Source: Podospora anserina
Lineage: Eukaryota
NCBI GenBank assembly: GCA_017654855.1
Contig: CM030334.1
Location: forward strand, 1,860,001-1,924,000
Direction of reading: 5' to 3'
Length of the DNA stretch: 64,000 nt
The notes below the pieces were generated by a model. It was not told where the DNA came from. It did not search any database and saw nothing but the letters and a program-made list of their open reading frames with translations. The first letter of the stretch is position 1. Each line of letters opens with the position of its first letter. The translations under genes and the position numbers were made by a program. Shown piece after piece: positions 14,002-26,811 of this stretch.

Positions 14002-14277
14002 TCAATCCTCCTCGACGACCTCCTCTCCGTAGTTCTCCTCCTCTTTCTTGTCCACCGCAGCTGTTCCAGCGCGGGCGTTGTCTTCTTCCATTCTTTGGGT
14101 GAGCTGCTTGTTGATGGTGGCTTGGAGGGAGTGGACCGAGTCCCGGAGCTGGGAGAGGGATTGCTGCTTGGCTTTTACCGCACCGGTCGAGGTGGGGGTT
14201 GTTTGGGGGAGGGAGAGGGTGAAGGGGGCGTTGGTTTCGGAGTTGTAGGTGGCTGTGATGGCGGCTGAGTTTGACAT
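14002..14277 (-). CDS. GON7: EKC/KEOPS complex subunit Gon7
   Basis: 91 aa: ITATYNS...LSQLRDSVHSLQATINKQLTQRMEED...KEEENYGEEVVEED, the typical Gon7 pattern. Confidence 0.85.
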   Translation of the reverse strand: MSNSAAITATYNSETNAPFTLSLPQTTPTSTGAVKAKQQSLSQLRDSVHSLQATINKQLTQRMEEDNARAGTAAVDKKEEENYGEEVVEED

Positions 14278-14790
14278 TTTGAGAGCTGGGGACGGGGTGC
14301 TGTGTGGTGAATGGTGAGGTATTGGCGGTGGTGACGGTGATGGAGGGGGTCGAGGTTTGAAAATGGTGGGACTCCGGGATGAGTGCCGAGAATTGCCCCG
14401 CCTGGGGTGGGTGGGTTATTGGGACTGTGCTGGGGTTGTGACAACGCTTCAGGAACAAGGCAGAGATGATGAGACGGCGCAGTATAGAGAAAATATATGC
14501 TGCTGCTTCGTACATGAAATTGACATCAAAACTGTTGTCTGGTGGTTGGTGAAGATAGTTTGACTGAAAGTGAGGCTTGGGGGTTAGGGTTCTCTGTGGC
14601 GGTCCCCAGCTCAGCTGAATACCCGCTCTTCGGATCACTTCCGTCATCTGCAGCAGGGGTCCTGGAACGCAGACGCTTGTGAAAGGCTTGTTGCTACGAC
14701 CTGTTTACAGGGCAGAGTTCTCCAATCGAAAAAAAGATACCTATTCTCCGATTCAAGAAGATACCTATTCTTCGATTCGCCGATTCTTTA

Positions 14791-14820
14791 CTCACTCACT
14801 CACTCACTCACTCACTCACT
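14791..14820. repeat. (CTCA)n microsatellite in the GON7/HbrB divergent intergenic region
   Basis: About 7 tandem CTCA units. Confidence 0.9.
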
Positions 14821-14925
14821 CGGGGCAGCCAAGATGTAACACATCCTGGCCCATGATCCCCAGCACAAAACACAGCTCGAAACCGACTACTGCCAAAGGC
14901 ATCATCTTACCTTAAACCTTACCCC

Positions 14926-17900
14926 ATGCAGCCATCCAGATCCACAGGGAGCCCAGGGAGCTTCTCACCCCTTCCTGGGGGGTCCAGTCCCGACCTGCCA
15001 CGACCGAGACCACCACCACCATCACGACGGCAAGAGTCGGCGACGTCGACGTCCACAGCCGACGACCTGAACATACCCAAGGCCCGCGCCGCCGCCGCGC
15101 CGTCGCCCACGCCCATCTACACCAGCTTCACCAACAACAGCAGCACCACCAGCCTACAAAACTTCTCACGACCTACCCTATCCACCGCCGCCGCCGCCGC
15201 CGCCGCCGCCCGGTCCTACTCTCCCGCCACCGCAGAGACAATATCACGAAACGGGCCCTCACCCTTGACACTCCCGCCCTCGTCGTCGGCAACATCCCCA
15301 GCAGCATCATCCACCTTCTCGTCAAGGGTCGTCTCCCACGCGCGCAAGAACTCGCAGAATGCGGGCATGTTTGAGCCTACTCTACCTTCAACCAGCACCT
15401 CGAACCTCTCCCAAGTCGTCGTCGGCTTGCATCACCAGCCCTCTCCCAAAATAAGCCCGACGCCTCCTCACAGGGAAATGTCAGCGAGCCAAATCGCCGC
15501 CCAAGCGGCAGTGATGAGCCACCAGCAAAACCAGCAACAACAACAACAACAACAACAACAACAAAGAAACCAATCCCCCCACAACAACCGCCAACGATCA
15601 TCCACCCTACCAATGCCAAACTCATCAGAAACAGAACCACCACCCCCCCCAGCCAAAAGAGTAAGCGGCGGACCGACAACAATGAACCCCCCACCACCAC
15701 CACCAGTCCTCAGCCTCACCGAAGCGAGCGGTCCGAGAGAAAACGCCTTTGGGGGGCAGACATATCACAACGGGTTACTAGGAAATCACACGCTCGCCGC
15801 AACAGCAGCAGCCAACCTCGTCTTTCCCCGATCGGCGCAAACCTCCCCGGGTCTACAACAATCCAGCATGCCTCCTCCCCCTCCCCCAGCGAGCGAGAAA
15901 CCCCCCAAGCCGGAAAAATCCAAAGTCCCCAAACTCTTCTCCCGCCCCGTCAAAATCGGCAGCAGCAAAAGCAGCTCCGACGTGAAGGAGAAGCCGCTGC
16001 CCAGTCCAGGCAAGGGGGGTCTGCCCCATCCGTTTGCGGGGTTGCAGAGAGGAAACTTTAGCACCACGAGTCTGGAGTCGATGACGACGACGACGACGAC
16101 GACGACGACGGGGGGGCAGAAGCAGGGGGGTGGGGGGTTGTACAGTCTGTCCAATTCGAGTGTGGCAACGATACGTCCTGCTGGTGAGGAGGGGAGCAAG
16201 GAAAAGGAAAAGGAGAAGAGGCACCATTTCTTGTCGAGGCAGAAAAACAAGTTGAAGGATGAGTACCATTTGCCGTTGAGCTCGGCGATGAGTAATTCGA
16301 GGCCTACGGATCCGAGCGCGCCGAGTAGTTTGTATAATTTCAACATACCGCAGAGTCCGATGGCGGGGTCGGTTGGGGGGTTTAAGAGCGGGTTGGATTT
16401 GAGGCATGGGGGACGGGCGTTGAGGGAGAAGAAGAATAAGACTGCTGCGAGCGAGGAGAAGGGGGATGATGCTAGTAGTTCTGGGGTTGGGAGTGAGTGG
16501 CCTGGAGGAGGCGGGGGTGTTATTTCGGGCGGGGGAGGATCAGGGGGAGGGGGAGGAGGGTCGAGCAGTGTTACGGCGCCGAGTTTGTATTTGAACGAGC
16601 CGTTTGACAGTCACAAGTACGGGCTGAACAATATGACGCATGATGATGCGTGGCCGTTTCTAAAGGCAAAGTTGTTGGTTGTGTTTGAGGCGGAGGATTT
16701 GAGGTTGCCGGTGGAGGATATCAACCGGGTGGTGACGATGCATATACAGTGGTGCTTGCTGAGGAGGAGTCCGAATTTGATCGTGGACGATTTGAGGGAG
16801 CTATTGACGACGGGGTTTTCGAGTTTGGATCAGACGTTGAGGAAGACGCCGGAGGATAAGCTGATTCCGTTGCTGGTGGAGCTTTGGATCTTCACTTTTA
16901 CTGTGATCCTGCCCTATATGCAGGCGGTTTTCTTGCCTCTGGATCTGGAGTTTGCGGGGAATGGGCCGTTGATGACGGCGGAACAGGCGAGGGATTTTTG
17001 GGGGGGTGTACCGACCTCTTCCACTACCAAGTCATCACCTCCGGGGTCGGAACCGGCCGTCTCCCCGGCTTCGTCGGTGCTTGAGGTCAGGAGGTTGGTC
17101 CTCCTTGCTTTTAGGGACATTGTCATACTGCCTCGGTACGACACCCTCAAGTCAATGTTCTCTCGTCTGTCCCTCGAATTCCTCCCCCAGATTCTGGCGA
17201 GCAACGCCCTCGCCTCCCCACCGCTGCCGATTCCAAGCCCGGGATTTCACAACCAGGGGATTGCCTCCCAGCTGTCTGGCTCGCCAGGGGGTGTGGGTGG
17301 GAGTGATGCCTACTTGGTGTCGAGCAGTTCGTTACCGACAGCGCTGAAGGGGAGTGCCCCGCTTGATCCGGCGACTGCGTCTTACAATTCCACCACCACC
17401 ACCCTGTTTGGGGAGGGCTCCATCGCTGGTAACCGCTCCCGCGCCATATCCAACGTTTCGTACGGAAGCGACGGCGCGGTAACGAATCAGTTCTCGAGAC
17501 CGTTCACACCCTCGAGCCTCAACGCGTTGGGTGTGGCGGGCGGGGTCGGGGCTGGGGTGGGCGGTGCGTCGGTTTTGTCTTCTGGTCTGGCGGCGATGAC
17601 GCATGCACCGCCGCCGCCGTCCGGGGTTCATCACAGTCTTAGGGATCAGAATGTGGAGGACAGTAAGCAGGTTACCGAGTTGGGGGGGAGGATGTTGCAG
17701 TGTATGTCTGTGTTGGCGTCGATTGGGGTTGGGGGTGGGATTGGGGAGGGGCAACAAGAAGAGGAAGAAGGGAACAGGAAGGTGGAGGAGTTGGGGAAGT
17801 TGTTGAAGTTGAATTGGTTGGGGAGGGGGAGGACGGGGAGGAATAGGAGGGGGTTGGTTGGGGGACGGGTGAAGAGGGGGGGGATGGGGTTGGGGTTGGG

Positions 17901-17946
17901 GATTGAGGGGGGGATTAGGGAGGAGGGGGTTGTTGGGCGAGGTTGA
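14926..17946 (+). CDS. HbrB-domain protein (Bit61/PRR5-like TORC2-associated family)
   Basis: 1006-aa intronless ORF with a low-complexity N-terminus and the domain DDAWPFLKAKLLVVFEAEDLRLPVEDINRVV...LVELWIFTFTVILPYMQAVFLPL...VRRLVLLAFRDIVILP...RMLQCMSVLAS. Confidence 0.85.
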   Translation: MQPSRSTGSPGSFSPLPGGSSPDLPRPRPPPPSRRQESATSTSTADDLNIPKARAAAAPSPTPIYTSFTNNSSTTSLQNFSRPTLSTAAAAAAAARSYSPATAETISRNGPSPLTLPPSSSATSPAASSTFSSRVVSHARKNSQNAGMFEPTLPSTSTSNLSQVVVGLHHQPSPKISPTPPHREMSASQIAAQAAVMSHQQNQQQQQQQQQQQRNQSPHNNRQRSSTLPMPNSSETEPPPPPAKRVSGGPTTMNPPPPPPVLSLTEASGPRENAFGGQTYHNGLLGNHTLAATAAANLVFPRSAQTSPGLQQSSMPPPPPPASEKPPKPEKSKVPKLFSRPVKIGSSKSSSDVKEKPLPSPGKGGLPHPFAGLQRGNFSTTSLESMTTTTTTTTTGGQKQGGGGLYSLSNSSVATIRPAGEEGSKEKEKEKRHHFLSRQKNKLKDEYHLPLSSAMSNSRPTDPSAPSSLYNFNIPQSPMAGSVGGFKSGLDLRHGGRALREKKNKTAASEEKGDDASSSGVGSEWPGGGGGVISGGGGSGGGGGGSSSVTAPSLYLNEPFDSHKYGLNNMTHDDAWPFLKAKLLVVFEAEDLRLPVEDINRVVTMHIQWCLLRRSPNLIVDDLRELLTTGFSSLDQTLRKTPEDKLIPLLVELWIFTFTVILPYMQAVFLPLDLEFAGNGPLMTAEQARDFWGGVPTSSTTKSSPPGSEPAVSPASSVLEVRRLVLLAFRDIVILPRYDTLKSMFSRLSLEFLPQILASNALASPPLPIPSPGFHNQGIASQLSGSPGGVGGSDAYLVSSSSLPTALKGSAPLDPATASYNSTTTTLFGEGSIAGNRSRAISNVSYGSDGAVTNQFSRPFTPSSLNALGVAGGVGAGVGGASVLSSGLAAMTHAPPPPSGVHHSLRDQNVEDSKQVTELGGRMLQCMSVLASIGVGGGIGEGQQEEEEGNRKVEELGKLLKLNWLGRGRTGRNRRGLVGGRVKRGGMGLGLGIEGGIREEGVVGRG

Positions 17947-18201
17947 GGGAGAAGGGGGGGGAATATGATACCATGGGTTTTTTGGCGTTGGAAGCAGGAA
18001 AGAGTACACCTTACTGTATGGGCTTGGGATGGGAATTTTTATGGGCCTGGTTTTGATGGTTGGTGGAAGGGGCCGCTGGAAAATAAGGATGGGGGAACAG
18101 GGACAATTGCCTTATACAGAGTTACCTAAGGTACCTATACATGGAGGAAGCGAGCAAAAGATTATGAGTAGACCTTTTTTTAAAGGTGAATTGTAGAAAG
18201 A

Positions 18202-18202
18202 G

Positions 18203-18242
<40 letters not shown>
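18202..18242. repeat. (TAC)n microsatellite
   Basis: About 13 tandem TAC units. Confidence 0.95.
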
Positions 18243-19510
18243 GTCGATATGGCTATGTGATGTGCGTGTAAAACGAGAATAGATGCAGGGCAGTGAACAA
18301 GACATAGTACAACAAGGTTCTTCTCTCTCTCGGCATTGATACAAAGAAAACCACACTTAGAAAGTGTAAAACAAAAAAAGAAGAAGACTCTTTGCTTTCC
18401 CACCTCCTTGAATCCCCGTTTACCCGGAAAACAAAAACAGACTTTATCTACACGTGCGCCATGTTTTTCTTGCCTATTTGGTATCTTAAACTGCAGAACC
18501 CTCCTTGGGGTTTGGAATATAAGAACAAGGAAAGGATGATAGTGTATGGGGGTATTTTTATTTAGGGTGACGTATTCAAAATCCAAAAGCAAAGAGTCAG
18601 AACTCAACAAAAAACTGGGTTTCTCCCTCCGTCTCTGTTTTGACTGGGAATTTAGGGCAAAACACAAAGATGCTGCTGCGTGGTTATATAATATAAAACT
18701 TTCAAAACCCAAAGCCACACCACACAGCTCACAAACATTATATTCAAAAACAACTTCATCAACTTCGGCCCAAACCAAATATTCTCCTTTTTTATAGGAC
18801 AAGTCAAGAGGGACATGCAAGATAACGATGTCGACGACAACAACAACAAACAACAACTAATGTAGGTAACCTAACCCTCACCCCCGCCCCTCCCTCCTCA
18901 CCAATGCCCAAAGAAATTAAAATAACGATTCCTCTCCTCAATTGACACTCAGTATAAAAAAACCACAGTTTCAGCAAGCAAAAACAATAATCATTTGACA
19001 TCACTTCCCGCTGCTTTGCTCAAACTTTCTTTCTTCTTGTGCAAGAAAAACCAAAAAAAGGGGGTGTATAAAACACAAACGCCCCAAGTTTCCTAGTCAC
19101 CAATAAAAAAAAAGGAACAAGCAAGAGCAGCAGCAGCAAAATTCCAAATTCCCCCCCCCCAAAAAAAACAAGACAACCAGATATCACAAAAACAAAAAAA
19201 GCAAACCAAAAGCAGTCAAGACGCCTCGACACCACCGCCAAGTCAGAGAGAGAGAGAGCCAATATAGCAAGCCCATCCGTACACAATTCCCATACACATG
19301 CCCTCCCTTTTCACCCCTCCTCTTACCCCCCAAAAATCCAAGTTGCGCCAGCCGCCCAGGAAAAGTGGAAGCGGACAAAACAACAAATTAGACACAAAAA
19401 GCTTTTAAGCTCACCCCAGCCCGCCCTTTCCCCAGGAAACACATTAAGCTGTTTTTGATGACGACAAGACACGAACCAAAAAGTAAAAACGGAAGAAAAA
19501 AAAGACAACC

Positions 19511-22157
19511 TCATGCTGGGTTGCCCTTCATCCGCTTTTGCATCCTCGGTGTTGGGGGTTGTTTTCCCTTTCCTGGGATCCCAACCCCGTTCATCTGAGG
19601 GGTGCCCATGGCGCCCGGTGTTGGGGCAGACTGAGGGGTATCTTCTTCCTTCACTGTCGACCTTCTCCTCTTGTTACCTTGAGCAGGTGATGTGTTGGCG
19701 CTGGGGCCGCTCGAGCTAGTTCCTGGCTGGCTCATCTGGTGCTGCATCACGGGTGCCGCAAGCTGCCCGGGCGCCGGGCTGTTCACCACGTGCGGAGATC
19801 CTGGCAGTCCAATATTGGCCATGGCCGGGCTGGCACCCATGGGGAACTGGCCAAAACTGGGAGTCCTTGGCCCGCCTTGGGGCATTGGTTGCCCATTCAT
19901 CCCTTGATGGGCACCCGAGTTGATCCGGCTGACATACTGCTCCATGGCGGCATAGGGCGCAATCCCAGGGTGGGCATGGAAGAAGTCGAATAACGGCGTC
20001 ATTTGACCCATGATCTCCGACATCTTTGAGAACAGGCATGTTAGCATTGGACTATTCAGAGTCACCGGAGATCATCATACCTCAAGAAACTGATACACGT
20101 GCCCCGGCACTGCTCTTCCTGGACTGACATACGAGTCCGGAAGCTCAAGATCTGGCGGGGGGCCTGCAGGGGTCTTGAGTTGCTTTGTCTTGTTTTTCTT
20201 GTTCATTTCCGGAGATTGCTTGTTGTCTGGTGAGTTGAGAGCATGCCACTCCTTGACCCAGTTGTGGGCCGGCCGAGCGGCTTGAATAACCATGCTTCGG
20301 GGCACAAATTCCTCGAAATCTGTCGTGATGAACTCAAACAGCTCGAACTTTTTCTCACTGTCAAATGAGGCCCGCAGAATGCCGTCGGCAACCACGTGGC
20401 AGTTTTGATCAAACCGGTAGATGAGGCTGGCCTTGGTGTTCTCAATGAAGTGACAGTCGTTTGGTAACGCACGGTCGGTTGTGCCCTTTGCCATGATCAA
20501 CTGCATCGTCTTTACCCCGCTGTCGAAGTGGGAGTGGAAGTAGCGGGGAAGAGCGGGATACTGAATCTCATACGGCCTTTCCACCGGACCCTCGGCCGTC
20601 CTCTCCAGCAGGGTGTGCTTGAAGACACCCTTCTGCGAGAAGAACATTTTGACAAAATCTTCCCAGTAGCTCAAATCATCCTGACCCTTTGGCCCCTGAT
20701 GAGTGACGGGTTAGCTAACGTGAACATTGACCCGCATTCCTTTACGTGCGAGAACATACCGGGAAGCCACTCAGATGCTCGCTGAACTGCATCAACTTTA
20801 GCAAACATTGCCCTTTCAGTTCCATTCCGTTGCGCTTTTGCTGCTGCTGCTGCTGCTGCTGCTGCATCAAGGCCAGGCCAGCGGCCTGTTGTTGATTGTG
20901 GACTGCTTGCGCCTGAGCCTGGGCAGCTTGAGCCTGGGCGGCTTGCGCTTGAACCTGGGCCTGGGCAGCGTGTTGGGCTTGGGCCACCAGTTGGACTTGT
21001 TGAATTGGTTGACCCTGCGTAGTCTGCGGTGTTTGGGGTGGGGCGTGGGGTTGCTGCTGAGGATTTGGTTGTGGCGTAGGACCTTGGGTAGGCGCCGGAG
21101 TCGGTGTTTGCCCGTTGGGCCCGGCTTGTGATGGAGTAGCTTGCCGCTGTGGCTGGCCTGGTTGCTGTGGTGGTTGCTGTTGCTGTGGTTGCTGCTGCTG
21201 TGGCTGCTGAGGTTGTTGTTGACCTTGCTGGGCCGCCTGTTGTTGAGCGGCCTGTTGCTGGACCTGCTGGGCTGCCTGTTGCTGGGCCTGCTGCTGCTGC
21301 ATGGCGGCGATTTGGGCTTGTTGGGAGATGATTGCCTGTGGGTTCATCTGCCCATGGTTCGGGTTGTTCTGCATCTGGTTAAGCTGCTGTTGGTGCTGCT
21401 GCTGGAGGGCGATCTGCTGGGCCATGTTGACGTGCTGTTGCCGTTGCGTTAGCATATATTTCTTCCAGAGCACCTACACATTTCTCCAGCCGCGTCGGGC
21501 CTTATATCGTGGTAATCAGGAGTGTATCCTTACGTTCATGGATTGAGCCTGTTGGTGTTGAGCTAGCTGTGTTTGTTGAAGGTGTGCGGGGAGAGGTACC
21601 GGCATCCTCCTCATTGCTGCGATATGAGCAGGGTTCATCTGATTCATCTGTCCCAGCGGTATGCCAATGGGTACTTGGCCCAGGTTGTTGTATTGACCAG
21701 CTTGCTGCATCATGGCAGCCCGTTGCCGTTGCTGCAGCTGGAGCTCGGCCAGCCTTTGCTGCTGTTGTAGTTGCTGCAAAGCTGGGTTGTGGGCGTCTAC
21801 ACAGGCTGGTCAGTACTTGTCTCTACCGTGGTGGGAGATGATGCGAGATGACATACAAATGCCAGCAGACATTTGCTGTTGCTGGTATAGCTGTGCTTGC
21901 GCTGGGTTCAAATGCGGCATGCCGTGGGGACCAGGATGACCGGCGCCGGGCGGCATGCCACCCCCCATGAGAGCGGCGGCGTTCATTTGGGGACCGGGGC
22001 CCGACACGCCCATGTGTCCCATCATGTTGTGCGGTATTCCTGCTTGTGTCGCGCCCGGTTGACTGGGGTTGTGGGCCATGCCAGGAGCCATGGGGTGGCC
22101 GGGAGGAGCACCTGGATGTTGCTGCATCCCACCGGGGTGCGCCTGAAAGGCCATCAT
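19511..22157 (-). CDS. LIM-domain-binding transcriptional co-regulator (PtaB/Mfg1-like), multi-exon, Q-rich
   Basis: Q-rich N-terminal exons, then LKLMQFSEHLS|...YWEDFVKMFFS...YEIQYPALPRYF...FEFITTDFEEFVPR...VYQFLE|MSEIMGQMTPLF (LIM_bind-type domain). Ends in basic KRRR/KRMK motifs. About five introns. Confidence 0.82.
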
Positions 22158-23541
22158 CTCCGGAGCAGCCGATTACCCACGGCGTGGATATCGACGTTTT
22201 GTCCCTCCGCGTTATCGCATGCGAGGTAAGGAAGAGGTCCGGTGGCGGGCAGTCACCTAACCTAACGCGGACAGCGGTAGTGGTGGTGGTGCGCGCGCGT
22301 GCCGACTAGACGGTGCGATCGCCTGGGCGTCGAGGCCCGTCGTTATCGGGGTCGGGGATGTTGTGCGGGCGATTGCGACGGGCTAGATAGCAATAGGATG
22401 ATGTATGTAGGAGTGTGTGATATGGGCGGAACCTGTCGCGAGTGGTGCGACGCCCCCAAAAAAGCAATGACCAAAGGATCAGCGGCACCAAGAAGATGCT
22501 GGGCGGCCGCGGACAATAAAAATTACAGCGACAGAACGTTGGGCAGGCGTTTGGGCGGTCAACGGGCGACGTCGACTCTTTTGCTGCTGGCTGCTGCGGC
22601 GGCGGCGACGACGTGTCGTGGACAGAGGTGGTGAATTGTGGAGTTCCAGGTTTGGTTGCAGGACGGGGGGTTGGGAGTGGTGGGAGCGAGTCTCTTCTCT
22701 TCCGTGAAAGAGTTGCCCGATTGAAAATTGATTAGTACCGGCAGCACGTCAAATCTCTCCGCCGTCGCAAGACCAAGACCCTGTTCCCTGTGCCGCCAGC
22801 AATTCGTTACAAGTATAATATTAAAAAGTAGGAAGAATGAGTGATTTGTTCACAGAAATCATGACAGAAGGGCAAGAGGGCAGAGGGCAGACGCAGACGC
22901 AGACGCAGAGGCAGAGAGGGACACCTGAAAAAGAGTGGGAACCGGAAACTCTCAGGGGAGCCGAAGTGTTGCAGACAGAGGTGCAGACGGTGAGGCGTTG
23001 GAGGGTCGCAGAGGGAGAGAGATCCTGGGCACCGATCAGGACCAAGCTGCAAGAGCCAGAGCGTTCGAATGCTGAGACCCAGCTGGGGGATTCGGCCAGC
23101 CTTTTAGAGCGGGAGCCTGTTCCCGATACAGCGAAATCGCACACTCTGATTGGTCACCGGACAGCGAGATGTGCGCTTATCGGGGCTGGCATGGGTCATT
23201 TCTGTCAAGGGTCATGGTTAATCCGTTCCGTTGTGGCGGTTAGATGCAATTCGGATGTAACCTAACCTGCGAGGAGCGCAACCTCGTCTGGCCCAAGGTC
23301 ACGGCTCACGCATGACCAGAAATGCCAAAGTATCAAATCATCGTGTCTCAGGTGTCCCCTCCAAGAGGCATCAAGGTGTTGTTTTTGTAGCCATCACCAT
23401 ATTCGGGGATGTTCTCTTTCAGCCACAGATTGTGCCGCTTCGCGATTCAGCATGCAGCTATTTTTGGGGCGCGATTGCAGGCAAGCATCTCTATCACGTG
23501 ACTCGGTACACGGAAGCAAAAATGCGGCCCCACCCTCTCCC

Positions 23542-24000
23542 CTAAGGCTGCCCCACTGCTCCACCCAAAAATTTCCTTATCGCTATCTGACCATTGGGTA
23601 TTTCTTCAGCTTCCGCAGCAGCTTTGACGCTCAATTCTCTTCTTCCACCAACCAACTCCCCAACCAGCACACTTCCAGCCCTGGCCTGCTCTCCTGGCAA
23701 AGCCGCGAGAGCGACTCTCGACTCGTCGACTGCACTCGCAACGCAATCAGCAGTTGGTTCTGCTTCTTGCCGCGCGTTTCCTGCGGTGTTCATGAGTGAC
23801 AACGGGTCGAGTCGAGGCTGGAAGGGCTGGCTGGGTTGTTCGACACTATCAGGTAAGCTATCCTCGTCTTCATTCTTCCCTCTCTCTCTTTATCGACTGC
23901 TGCTTCTCGCTGTCGAATGATGACAACTTTTGAATTGTCTTCTTTTCCCAACTGAATCGACCATGAAGAAAACTAGTCTGTTTCGGGCTTTCTCCCACGG
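23542..24000 (-). pseudogene. Possible degenerate coding remnant of unknown identity
   Basis: Protein-like stretch KNEDEDSLPDSVEQPSQPFQPRLDPLSLMNTAG...AVGQP*, broken upstream by stops or frameshifts. No recognisable family. Confidence 0.25.
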
Positions 24001-24961
24001 GGGAGGGCTTGTTGCTTGCCAGTAAATTTGTCTGACACATACAGCTTGAAGCACATCGATTTTGCAGAGTTTTGTTTTTGACTTTGGAGCTTGAGCACTG
24101 ACCCTTCAAGCAGATTTTTCAGAGCACAATTTCCGCTTCGGTTTTCTGCTTTCTTCGACTTTGCAACTAACTACGCAGCGACTCTGCACAACAAAATCAC
24201 CACAAAAGGTCAGTTTACTCCCTCTGCTCGCAGCACTTGACACACCACACCCCGATTCTACCATGATTCAAACTTTCCCACATTCGCAGTTTCCACTTGA
24301 GTCCCACCTAGAAGCCTATTTCGGGACAGATGAGGGAGCAATACTTCCTTGGATGTATGATTTTACAGAATCAAACACAGTCATCGCTCTGAGCCTTGTT
24401 TGTCAGAAACCAGTTGCTAACATTCTGTTCTGGTTTTCAGGTTACCTGCTGGCGTCGCCAATGTTTTTGATAGCTTCAATACAAGATTATTCCTGCAACT
24501 TCTGTGTCTTTTCATGTTGCGTTGCCGTGGTGACTGCCTTGTGTGATGGATGTTTTCGATTTTCAGCCTCGTGCGCGCATCGTAGTCGATGTGTCTAAGC
24601 AGGAGCTCTCTTATTCCAATCTAGCGGCCCAAGGCACAGTGATGTTGCCATTTCTCGTCAAAAAGAGGAACACCAATCGGGCGTCAACATTGTCGTTGTC
24701 TATTAGAAATGCCCAAGGTACCCAAAGGTAGTTTACTCAAGGTGAAGACTTGGAGCTGTCAAGGGCGTTGATGCCTTTCACATGATACTATCTACTGCTT
24801 CAGTTCCAAAACAACTTCGCTGACCAGTTCCAGCCAAGAGGGCTTCTGAGATAGCCTAGGGTGTTAAGAGTGAGTAGGAATGTGACATGTAGGCAAGTGA
24901 CATCGGGATCAGCGTACGTGGTGAAGGCGCAGGATCCGTCGATCTGGGATCATGGCTATCC

Positions 24962-26262
24962 TCACCTGCACGCCAGCTTCTTATCCGGCCTGGGTGCCGT
25001 CGTCGATGTTCTAACTTCCCCAAACCTGAGACTCTTGTCAAACTCCCGCCCCTTCTTCATCATCTCCAAAATCTTGAAACTGATCTCACCCCCCTGCCTC
25101 GTGCACTCCTCAACGTTCTTCACCGCCCACCTACACATCGGGCAGGAGTTGTTCCTCTCCAACCAGCGAGCAGCACAAGACCTGTGAAACCAATGCCCAT
25201 AACCAGGCAACGAGACAGGCTGCTTCAACTCATCCGTCTTGTCCTTCATCGATCCGTCCAGACAAGCGTTGTCGTTGTCGTCGTCAATCGTCGCCTAGCA
25301 GATGACACAGTCGATGGTGGTGTCCCGGTAGCTATTGTTCCCCCAAAAGTCGGCTTCCAGATCCCGGTTCTGGTAACGACACTCCTTCACTCACCGGGGA
25401 AAGCTCTGCGAGACAGTCGGCGGGCGAGAAATTATTTCCGAGTTGGCAGGGTGCATGAGGAAGCCACTCGCAGCTTCAAACTCGGCGACGTCCAACCATT
25501 CCCCCCTGAAATCAACAAGATCCATCAACCATGCAGTCATCAACCTCCTCTCCATCAACACACACCACTCGCTCCCATCCCTCCTCCATTGCACCCTCCC
25601 AAAGTCCCACAGCAATGACGGCTCCAGGTCCGGCCCAGCCGGTGATAACCTCAAATCCTGCTGATATTCCCATCCCAGTAACACAGTGACTCTGCAAAGG
25701 TCTGGCACGCCATTTCGATAAGAGGCTCGTCGGTGACTGACAAGACCCAGTTACCAGTCGTTCGAGCCGTCTCACTACTTCGCTGAACCAACGTCAATGC
25801 AGCAAATCTTTCCCCTGCGGAAATGTCCAAATCGAACTCCTCTCCACTCTTGATAACGGCATCTTTAACGACCTCCATGCACAACGCAACTGTCGTCGCC
25901 ATCAGAGCAATTAGTACACGGTCGATGGCGTAATCCATCGAGTCGATCGACTCAAGATTTTGATACTCAGTGCCTGCGTAGTAATCTTGCAACATGTCAC
26001 GGGAAATAAACCTATCCACCAGGTGCTTGGTTAGTCCGGATAAATGGAGCATAGCGTCGCTGTAGCCGTGCTCGCTCCCGGGTTCTCGGTCGGCGATGGT
26101 GTCGATGGCGGCGTTGGAGATTTGTCGTATGTGATCTCGAAATTGTCCGATCCGGTCACTGCCGTTTGGCAGTAAGGAATGGACGTCATTGGGACTGAGG
26201 TAATGGGGCCTCATCAGGTTGTCGTTCGCCATTTTGGAAGCGTGGATGTGTTGCTTAGTCAT
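24962..26262 (-). pseudogene. Disrupted C-terminal RING-H2 finger gene (RING copy 1)
   Basis: 203-aa ORF, apparent frameshift near 25670, in-frame TGA (25391-25393), then DCVIC*(TAG 25295-25297)...SLPGYGHWFHRSCAARWLERNNSCPMCR. Tyr (TAT) stands in place of the third Cys. Confidence 0.75.
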
Positions 26263-26811
26263 GTGTGTTGAGTTCGCTGCTTTCTGACCGAGTCTTTGAA
26301 GGTGTTGATGGACGGAAGAGAATACTCAGTTGAAGATATGTGAAAACCACAGTATATATCCGCCCAGTGAAATCCACTTAAAGAAAAACCTGTTCACTCC
26401 GTGTCTGTATCAAAGTTTGTTAGTGACAAAACCCGTAAATCTCCACGCCGCAGGACCACAACTCTACCACAGGCTTCAGCTCATGGCCACCGCGTCGTCG
26501 AAGCATACTCCCAAAGCTCGTGAACCAGCACAACATATCCTTCCTCTCATACCTCACCACAAACCTACCCCTGAGAACTCCAAATCACTTGTCACAACCT
26601 TTGACCAAAACCTCCACCTCACAACCCAACCCATAACCTTCACCTCATAACCTTCACCTCATAACCTCCACCTCACAACCTTCACCTCTCAACCCCACTT
26701 ACAACCCAACTCACACCAACACTGTCAATATATCCAAAAAAAAAACACGCTTCCCATTCCAACGCTACACCCCTAAACTAAAACCCCCCCCCTATCTCCC
26801 CCCAACAACCC

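Noticed and set aside
18122-18856. 244-aa hydrophobic ORF
   Set aside because: Lies in T-rich 3' flank/UTR sequence, includes a microsatellite and has no ATG start or domain.
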